A stretch of 34,484 nucleotides of DNA from Octopus bimaculoides (lineage: Eukaryota), in assembly GCF_001194135.2 (NCBI RefSeq), contig NC_068984.1, positions 5,158,833-5,193,316 on the forward strand, in the 5' to 3' direction. The translations under genes were made by a program, and so were the position numbers. Positions within the stretch are counted from its first letter, which is position 1. Each line of letters opens with the position of its first letter. Positions 1 through 8,407 of this stretch are shown piece by piece. The notes below the pieces were generated by a model that saw nothing but the letters and a program-made list of their open reading frames with translations, was not told the DNA's origin and searched no databases.

Positions 1-200
1 TATATACATTATATACAGACACATGCATATGTAAAGACCTATAAACATAAACTACATATGTGAATGTGTATATGTAGATGTGTATAGGTAACTTCGTGGG
101 TGAGAGAGAGAGAGAGAAAAGGAGAAAGAGAGAAAGGGAGAGAGAAGGAGAAAGAGAAAGAAAGAGAGAGAGAGAGAGGGAAAGAGAGAGGTGAAGAAAG
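1..200. repeat. Compound (TA/CA) and (GA) microsatellite
   Basis: Dinucleotide tracts seen directly; ORF 39..221 is its translation. Confidence 0.9.
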
Positions 201-494
201 GGATGAATAGCAAATAGACAAATATACTCCACCCAGATTAGCCTCAATCTATTTTTGAGCACACATAATTCCACAACGGCATTGCCATCGTTCTGTTCAT
301 GTTGAACAGAACGATGTCTTGTGTTCTTCATCTTCCATTACGTGAGAGATTTCTATTCAGACCGTTGCTAAGATGAACTGCATGCCGGTGTCAAGTGATA
401 TCAATGTTGAAGTCGGTGTTTTTATAGTGCAGCAGCTTCACAGCACTTCTCACACTCTGTACAGTGTAATTGCTGTCCACGTGCATACCTTCAC

Positions 495-875
495 TATTAC
501 ACACGCGCACACACACACACACACATACACACACACAGAGAGAAGGCACAGAGATATCTACAGTGAAATCCAACCACATAACGCACACAGGTATACACAT
601 ACATACATGCATATAGAGATACACTTACACACACGCGCGCGCATACACACACACATATACATACACACATATATATATATAAATGTAAATAGTTGTGTGT
701 GTGCTTTTGTAAGTATATATGTGTATGCGCGCGTAGTGTGTATGTGTGTGCGTGTGTGTGTTTAATTGCATGTCTGCGTGTGTCAACGAATAATATTTTA
801 GACTGTTTAGCAGAGTATAATCGGTTAAGTTATGCTAATTTATGCAAAAGTAGAAGTATTCGTTATCTTCGATCT

Positions 876-914
<39 letters not shown>

Positions 915-1110
915 CAAACACACACACGCATATACACAAACACACACACACGCATATACACATGCATGCAATTACACACACATATATACACACATACGTA
1001 CAAGCACACACACATACATACACATGTGCTTATATACATAATTACATACATACATACATGCATACATACATACATACATATATACATACATGCATGCATA
1101 CATACATACA
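495..1110. repeat. Degenerate (CA)n/(TA)n/(GT)n/(TACA)n microsatellite cluster
   Basis: Seen directly; explains the HT/CV-rich ORFs 373..1208. Confidence 0.95.
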
Positions 1111-1289
1111 CGCTCGTATTCACAGACGTGCATTCACATGAATGGATATACATGTGTGCGTCATTGTTATATAGGAATCTGCATGCAAACAGATGCATCG
1201 CAAAATGAGTGCAACGTGGATTCTTTCCCCCTCTCTTTTAGTGTCGGTCATTAAACTCTGCCACGGTTGCAGAACCTGTCTGCTGGTAT

Positions 1290-1565
1290 TCCGTCGGTCA
1301 CGACGACGAGAGTTCCAGTTGATCTGACCGACGAAGAGCTTAGCCGTCAAATTAACATGAAAGTGGTTGAGTACTCCCCAAGACGCGCAGCCTTATTGTA
1401 ATTCCCAGGGAGATTCAGAATGACAAGGAATGGGACAAAGGGTCCTTTTGAAATACAGGTGTTAATTTTTGCGAGCTGAGTGGACTGGAGCAACGTGGAA
1501 TAAAGTGTCTTGCTCAAGGATACAACAGACAGCCTGGAATCGAACTTACGACCTCACGGTCATGC
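1290..1565 (-). mobile_element. tRNA-derived SINE, family B (CORE-like centre)
   Basis: Minus strand has B-box-like AGTTCGATTCC then TCCTTGAGCAAGACACTTTATTCCACGTTGCTCCAGTCCACTCAGC; colinear with copies at 7027-7306 and 21929-22276. Confidence 0.8.
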
Positions 1566-1642
1566 CTGTCTGCTAAAGTGCAGTGAATTACATTGCTCCC
1601 GATTCTATACCATTCTCTCGAGATTATAAAGGCGAAGTATAA

Positions 1643-1857
1643 AGGCGGCGAGATGGCAGAATCGTTAGCGCGTTGGACGAAATGCTCAGCGATATTTCGC
1701 CCGTCGCTACATTCTGAGTTCAAATTCCATCGTGGTTGACTTAGCCTTTCATCCTTTCAGATTCAATAAATGAAGTACCAGTCAAGTACTGGGGTCGATT
1801 TAATCGACCATCCCCCTCACCACAAATTGCAGGCCTTGTGCCTATAGTACAAAGGAC
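1643..1857 (+). mobile_element. tRNA-derived SINE, family A
   Basis: GGCGGCGAGATGGCAGAATCG head, B-box GAGTTCAAATTCC, body AAGTACCAG..CTGGGGTCGAT; several homologous copies in the window. Confidence 0.9.
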
Positions 1858-1877
1858 TATAAAGGCGAAATATAAAG

Positions 1878-2074
1878 ACGGCCAGAAGCTTTAGCGTGCT
1901 GGACTAAATGCTTAGAAGCATTTCGGCCGGCTTGACGTTCTGAATTCAAATTCCACCGTAGTCGACTTTGCCTTTCATACTTTCGGGGTCGATAAATTAA
2001 GTACCAGTTGCATACTGGGGTCGATCTAATCGTCACATCCCCTCCCTTCAAAAATGGCTGTCCTTGTGGCAAAA
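1878..2074 (+). mobile_element. tRNA-derived SINE, family A (tandem second copy)
   Basis: GAATTCAAATTCC B-box, GTCGACTTTGCCTTTCAT, GATAAATTAAGTACCAG, CTGGGGTCGAT, ends AAAATTTGAAACC. Confidence 0.9.
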
Positions 2075-2082
2075 TTTGAAAC

Positions 2083-2134
<52 letters not shown>

Positions 2135-2139
2135 TTTCA

Positions 2140-2543
2140 TATTCTTTGATTCTTTTACTTGTTTCAGTCACATGACTGCGGCCATGCTGGAGCACCGCCT
2201 TTAGTCGAAGAAATCGATCCCAGGGCTTATTCTTATTCTTAGTAATCCTAATACATATTCTATCGGTCACTTTTGCCGAACCGCTATGTTACGGGGACGT
2301 ATACACACTAAGATCGGTTGTCAAGCGACAGTGGAGGGGACAAACACACACAAACATAAACACACACACACACACATATATATAGACGGGTTTCTTTCAA
2401 TTTTCATCTACCAAATCCGCTCACATAGCTTTGGTCGGCCTGAGACTATTGTAGAAAGACACTTGTCCAAGGTGCCATGCAGTGGGACTGAACTCTGAAC
2501 CATGTGGCTGGGAAGCAAGCCTCTTACCATATAGTCACTCTTG
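2140..2543 (-). mobile_element. tRNA-derived SINE, family C (CORE-like, internal TA/TG tract), full length
   Basis: Minus strand: head, GGTTCAGAGTTCAGTCCCACTGCATGGCACCTTGGACAAGTGTCTT, microsatellite, tail ending GACTGAAACAAGTAAAAG; homologous to 2939-3373 and 25381-25650. Confidence 0.9.
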
Positions 2544-2589
2544 TGCTTATACGTTTATAATTTGAAGAATACATTTTCTTGTGTAGACA

Positions 2590-2715
2590 CATGCCTTAAT
2601 GTTAGGTTGGGATCATGACCATGATGTCGTGGGTTCGATTCCTAGACCGGGCAGCACGATGTCCCCTTGAGCAAGACACTCCATTTCAACTTGTGCCAGT
2701 CTACTCAACAGAAGA
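2590..2715 (+). mobile_element. Family B-like SINE 5' fragment
   Basis: GGGTTCGATTCC B-box followed by CCTTGAGCAAGACACT..CCAGTCTACTCA. Confidence 0.6.
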
Positions 2716-2938
2716 GGAATACGAGTCGAGTGTTAGTGTCACTCTCTCTTCCTGCAGCTGTAACATCCTTCTACAAGAGTCAAAAGAGTCTCCGTGTCTA
2801 CCTGCGACTACGGAGGCCCCTAAAGCAATTTGCGAAAGCATGGGACATGTTGTCAAGCCATACTTATTTTGAGTTTATATGCGCTGAGTCTCTATATACT
2901 TTTATGAGATGAAATATCTCCATATATATACATATATA

Positions 2939-3150
2939 TAGGCGCTGGTGTGGCTGTGTGGTAAGAAGTTCGTTTCCCAATTATATATTTTCGCGTTTCT
3001 TCCCACAGCGTGGCACCTTGTGTAAAGGTCTTCTACTACAGCCTCGAGCCGACCAAAGCCTTATGAGTGGATATGGTTGATGGAAACTAAAGGAAGCTCA
3101 TCGTATATATGTGTGTGTGTATGTATGTGTTTGTTTGTGTTTGTGTGCGC

Positions 3151-3191
<41 letters not shown>

Positions 3192-3373
3192 GTTCTTGTG
3201 TTTGTGTCCGTTCCCCACCACCGCTTGACAACCGGTGTTGGTGTTTTTACGTGCCCACAACTTCGCAGATCGGCAAAAGATCACGCTAGAATAAGGACCA
3301 GGCTTAATAATTTTCTGGGGTCGATTCAGCATGGCCTTAGTCTCAGGACTGAAACAAGTAAATGCCAAAAGAT
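2939..3373 (+). mobile_element. tRNA-derived SINE, family C, full length
   Basis: GGTGTGGCTGTGTGGTAAG head, GTGGCACCTTG, CCGACCAAAGCCTT, (TG)n, tail CTGGGGTCGAT..GACTGAAACAAGTAAA. Confidence 0.9.
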
Positions 3374-3775
3374 ATATAATTGACGGGAGATCTTTCTACC
3401 ACTGAACTGATACTACAAGAATGGAATCTCAAATTATTGCTTTTTCTCGAAAAATAACCTTATATCATCTTTGGAAATTTTTATCGCGCAGTTTTCTACC
3501 AGAAGATGGAAACTGTTATCAAACGATTAAGACGCAAAAGTTACTTTCTCGTAAAGAAAGAAAAGAAAAAATAACACCTCACCAGATAATGTTATCAGAA
3601 AATAAACATGGGTTGAAAGCACTGAATTGCACTCCCATGCCAACAAGTTTTTTACAATCTTTTTTGAAAACGATCCGTTCCTCATCTTAAAAAAAAAAAA
3701 AAAGAATAGCAAACTTCAAGATAAACAAATTAACTTATAAAAGAACTCAGGAACAAAATTAATAATGTGAAGAGA

Positions 3776-3842
<67 letters not shown>

Positions 3843-3957
3843 TAATAATAATAGTAATAAAAATAATAACCATAATAATAATAATAATAATGATAATAAT
3901 AGCAATAATAATAATAACAATAATAATAATAATAACAGTAATAATAATAATGATAAC

Positions 3958-4001
<44 letters not shown>

Positions 4002-4045
4002 AATAATAATAATAATAATAATGATAATGATGATGATGATGATGT
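3776..4045. repeat. (AAT)n microsatellite grading into (GAT)n
   Basis: Seen directly. Confidence 0.95.
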
Positions 4046-4369
4046 AAATTCTGATAAAGCAGAATAAATATAATTTTAAAAGAACGCACCAATGATTTCT
4101 GCCTAAAATTTATCGTAGTGCAATACATGGTACATACTCTTCCGTTCAGGATATAACCACTAAACCCGAAATGAATAAAGGAACAGCTATTCTGACAAAT
4201 CAAAAACCATAGTTCACACTTAAAAAGCACAAGGTTATGTTTTTTTTTAAACAATTCCAATTCGCTTATACACACCTCAAAGCTAAATTTTGGAATAGTG
4301 GGGAAAAAGTTTGTATTATTTTCTACACAAAGTTAAAGAAATATTTACACGTCTTCTGTGAAACTACAT

Positions 4370-4627
4370 CAGTGGCTCTCAACCATTTTTTGACCTTAAT
4401 GACCCCTTGGATTCATATTCTACTCGGATGGACCCTCATAGCTTTCCCATGTTTAAAAGTTCCTATTATATTTTTTATAATGAAATATTATTAGGAATTG
4501 TATAAAAGAAAATTGTTGAAACATTTTGGGTGTAGTAAAAGTAAAACCAATTTGTTGCGCTAAAATTTTAACAACACATCTTACATAGAATCTCAAGGGC
4601 CAGTTCGACACCAATTGAGAGCCACTG
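4370..4627. mobile_element. hAT (Charlie-like) MITE
   Basis: Perfect 13-bp TIRs CAGTGGCTCTCAA (4370-4382) and TTGAGAGCCACTG (4615-4627). The 8-bp flanks AACTACAT/GCCTAGAA match 4/8 and fit the nTCTAGAn-type Charlie target; no ORF. Confidence 0.75.
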
Positions 4628-4709
4628 GCCTAGAATATAAACATTTGGTAATTCTTCCAGTTTGAAAGCTTGCGAATACTATACTTTATTACTAAACAAT
4701 TCTTATAGA

Positions 4710-4853
4710 CATTATTTACATTATTTACATTTGACGGATATTTGTCCTCATCTTGTTTGTTGTTAACACAACGTTTCGGCTGATATACCCTCCAGCCTTC
4801 ATCAGGTGTCTTGGGGAAATTTCGAACCTGGGTTCTCATTCTTAAGGTATTTT

Positions 4854-4943
<90 letters not shown>
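4710..4943 (-). mobile_element. Family E element (tail plus AAT tract; head missing) containing a hammerhead motif
   Basis: Reverse complement of 4799-4854 matches 33714-33768 region at 49/56 positions, and that copy has a tRNA head; ends in (ATGTAAATA)x2. Confidence 0.8.
4765..4810 (-). ncRNA. Minimal type I hammerhead ribozyme motif (intact core)
   Basis: Minus RNA: GACAC CUGAUGA A GGCUG-gaggguauau-CAGCC GAA ACGU U GUGUU. Stem I GACAC/GUGUU, perfect 5-bp stem II, palindromic ACGU stem III, GUU triplet, extra A after A9. Confidence 0.75.
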
Positions 4944-4945
<2 letters not shown>

Positions 4946-4955
4946 CAGGCTGTGA

Positions 4956-5037
<82 letters not shown>

Positions 5038-5040
5038 TTA
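4856..5040. repeat. (TTA)n - 17-bp spacer - (AAT)n foldback microsatellite
   Basis: TTA tract 4856-4943 and AAT tract 4960-5037 around ATCAGGCTGTGACCTG. Confidence 0.9.
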
Positions 5041-5272
5041 TGNNNNNNNNNNNNNNNNNNNNNNNNNNNNNNNNNNNNNNNNNNNNNNNNNNNNNNNNNN
5101 NNNNNNNNNNNNNNNNNNNNNNNNNNNNNNNNNNNNNNNNNNNNNNNNNNNNNNNNNNNNNNNNNNNNNNNNNNNNNNNNNNNNNNNNNNNNNNNNNNNN
5201 NNNNNNNNNNNNNNNNNNNNNNNNNNNNNNNNNNNNNNNNNNNNNNNNNNNNNNNNNNNNNNNNNNNNNNNN

Positions 5273-5366
5273 ACATAAGAGCACTACAGCAAACCACAGC
5301 ACATACCCAAGGCGCACAGAGCTGCGCTCGGTAGTGAAGTGAAAGCACGTTATAAAAATAAAACTA

Positions 5367-5379
<13 letters not shown>
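5273..5379 (+). mobile_element. Possible 3' UTR of a (TAA)-associated non-LTR element
   Basis: Unique 107-bp segment after the gap running directly into (AAT)n; resembles a repeat I recall from octopus DNA but is not verifiable here. Confidence 0.35.
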
Positions 5380-5447
<68 letters not shown>

Positions 5448-5697
5448 TTATGTCTCAAAAGAAACTCTACATCATCTAGGGAGAAATGTTCTCAAGAAAC
5501 TGCTTCTTATTACAATGAATCTCATAAAAGAAGTAGATTAACTAAGAAATTGAATAATATCCTAACACTTGCACAAAGAACGATGGAAAATTAAGCAAAC
5601 TCCTTTTGAAATTATTATTCATTTTGCAACTGTTAATCCAGGCACGTTTTTGTCCTCTCAACTTTTTCCTCTTTCCATTTCTTTTCTCTCCTCGTTC

Positions 5698-5733
5698 CTT
5701 TCTGGAGAAGAGCGTAGTCTCGAAACGTCAAAG
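5698..5733 (+). ncRNA. Degenerate minimal type I hammerhead motif (probable Penelope-like LTR remnant, about 5640-5820)
   Basis: CUUU CUGGAGA A GAGC-guag-UCUC GAA ACGU C AAAG. Stem I CUUU/AAAG, GUC triplet; one core deviation (A6 to G) and one stem II mismatch. Confidence 0.55.
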
Positions 5734-6501
5734 ACTCTTCCAATTTTGACTGAGTGTCAAACTAATGCACCCTGTTTGTTGTTTCCCCACCTGTCTGATT
5801 TTTGCTTTTCATTTTTTTTCATAATTAAAGCATGACTTATTCAGGGCTTGTCGTTATCCAATTCAGGTTAAACCCAAACTTGAATTTTTGAATTATTATG
5901 GACGAATTATTATCAATTTATTTATAGATAAAAGTTAACCAATTTACCTCACTTTTCACAATAAATTTTCTGTATAAATTATATTTTGGCGCAAAATGAA
6001 CTGTATATAAAAGAAATCATTGGATTTGGTGATCTTGCATAAAATAAGAAACGTTCATAGGTTTTCCTTACAGACATACAACATTTGTAACATGTGGCAT
6101 CCTGTTCTGTTTATGATGGAGAATCTCGTTTAAAATCCATCCAAAATACCCAGGTGTGGAATAGCATCAGTAATTTTCTTTTTCTGAGAACAGTCAAAGA
6201 AATAATGACAAAAAATTTCAACTGTCATTCTTCATCCGGGATTTGAAATGAGATTTCGACGAGATTTGGTGAATCTCTGCACTGGGAAAGGTATTCATGT
6301 GTTAAGAACGCCATTTTTTCAGCGAAATACTATTTGGATTTTTATTCTTATTAACGATTGCCGAACAAAATATTTACGATGGTGATGAAACAACTTTAAA
6401 CGACAAAGCGAAACCCCCAAAATACTTGCTATTTCGTAATTTCAGATACGTATCGGCTATTTTACGTTGAAATATCAGCTAAATCAATTTATTATCTTTT
6501 C

Positions 6502-6586
6502 ACCGGCTTTAGCATGTAAGCTGGAGGTACCGGCTTTAGCATGCAAGCTGGAGGTACCGGCTTTAGCATGCAAGCTGGAGGTACCG
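6502..6586. repeat. 27-bp minisatellite, 3.1 copies
   Basis: ACCGGCTTTAGCATG(T/C)AAGCTGGAGGT at 6502, 6529 and 6556. Confidence 0.95.
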
Positions 6587-6630
6587 CCATTAATAATGAA
6601 ATGAAGTAATACATATTCGTGCCATTTCTT

Positions 6631-6695
6631 CCTTGTGATATCCATCTTTGTGATATCCATCTTTGTGATATCCATCCTTGTGATATCCATCCTTG
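6631..6695. repeat. 15-bp minisatellite, 4.3 copies
   Basis: C(C/T)TTGTGATATCCAT at 6631, 6646, 6661 and 6676. Confidence 0.95.
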
Positions 6696-7026
6696 CTTCA
6701 GAGAAAGACTTTGTGTAAGTACGGCTAAATGACGGGACGTGTGTGTGCGTGGATGGACTGTAGTATGTGTGTGTATATGTGTGGGTGAATGAATGGATGT
6801 GTGTGTATGTATAGGGGATGTGATGATATCGTGTGTGTGTGTATGTGTGTGTGAGTGTGTAAGTGAATGATAGAATATGCGTGTATGGTGTGTGTGTGGA
6901 TGTATGGTAGGATGTGTATGAATATGTAAAAGCTGCGATGTGCTTGTGTCAGTGTGGAACTGGCAGCAGTCTAATCTCCGACACATCGATAATCGGATAA
7001 TCGGGATGTAAAAAAAAAAAAGAATC

Positions 7027-7306
7027 TGGCACTTCATCGGTTACAACGACAAGGATCCCAGTTGATCAATTCAATGGAACAGCCTGCTTCGTGAAATTAA
7101 AGAGAAAGTGGCTGAGTACGCCATATACACATGTACCCTGAACGTAGTTTTCAGGGAGATTCAGGAGGACATAGAATGTGACAAGGTTGGCTCTTTGAGA
7201 TAAAAGTACAACTCACTCACTTTTGCCAGCTGAGTGGACTGGAGCAACATTAAATAAAGTGCCTTGCTCAAGGACACAACGCGCCACTAAGCTACGCGTC
7301 TTCACA
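7027..7306 (-). mobile_element. tRNA-derived SINE, family B (B-box region deleted)
   Basis: Minus: TAGCTTAGTGG A-box joined directly to GTTGTGTCCTTGAGCAAGGCACTTT; body colinear with the 1290-1565 and 21929 copies. Confidence 0.8.
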
Positions 7307-8368
7307 TATGCCAGTTCCAGAGATCCAGACTTACTTTTAGAAAGTACATGACTAAAACAGGAAGCGTAGTTAGGATAGTTGGTCGTCGACTCCTCCCAAG
7401 TTTAGGATCATAAAATGATGACAATGTCGTTGCAGGATCACGCAGTCTCACTCTTTAATCTGCAAAAGGAAAGTAGCACATTTGATTAATGTTCTGTTTG
7501 AAAGAAGTAAAGAAATCAAAGCATCAAGTTATTAAATATAATATGCTGTTAGATTCCATAAAAGCTATGATTTTACTCCACTGGATTCTATCAAATTGCG
7601 GCCTATTGCCACAGGACTCATCGTCAACGCTGTTACGAAAGACTCTCTTAAATGATTACAAATTTGGCTAAAATCGATCCGCAACAAGTCTATCAGTTTA
7701 TGCAGGACAAATAAGCCACACACACACACACACACACACAAAAGAACTAGATTCATGAAAGCTAACTATCCACTTTATTATTATCTAAACTTCACATTGT
7801 AGAGGTTAGATGAAATTGGTTGACAGTGCGGAGGTCGAGGTAAGCTCTAAGTGACGCGAGTGCGCCAGACGGTTTCAATTAGTGGCTTATGTTATTAAGA
7901 CCTAAAACTTACACAATCACATTTCTTTGTATAAATTTGACACTTTGTGTTGAAATAAAGAATCGATAACTTTTATCTAGATTATTACAAATATGTAAAG
8001 TTTGTTCATTATATTTTCCAGTCGAATATTTGAAAATCAAATTAGAGAGTCCGTTCTACTACACAAGAATTAATTAGGTCTTGGGGTACCTTCATATACA
8101 ATGTGGTACAGCGTGGGTACCCTAAAAAATAATTAATAAATCACACGAAAGGGTTTTATCCCTTTAAAGTCTCAGAACTCAATCAGGGGGTTATTTCATT
8201 ATGATCAAACAGATAATTACAGTCATCAATGTTTTAATTACATTAAGGGTTAAAAATAAAGGTTAGCTTTGAAGCTTGAGGTTAAAGTTGAATTTTTAGA
8301 AATGGTATTATTGAATAAAGATTAGATTTGTTCTGGAAAGTCGAGAAACACGCACACACGAAGAGAAA

Positions 8369-8407
<39 letters not shown>

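Noticed and set aside
373-1208. Long ORFs rich in HT, CV, YI, poly-I/N/L/D/M/H or X here and throughout the track
   Set aside because: They are translations of microsatellites or N-runs, which lack stop codons for trivial reasons.
6502-6695. CRISPR-like array
   Set aside because: The repeats are contiguous with no unique spacers, in a eukaryotic context.
8157-8254. piggyBac-like MITE (TTAT-CCCTT..AAGGG-TTAA)
   Set aside because: Only 5-7 bp of terminal match and an imperfect left TTAA.
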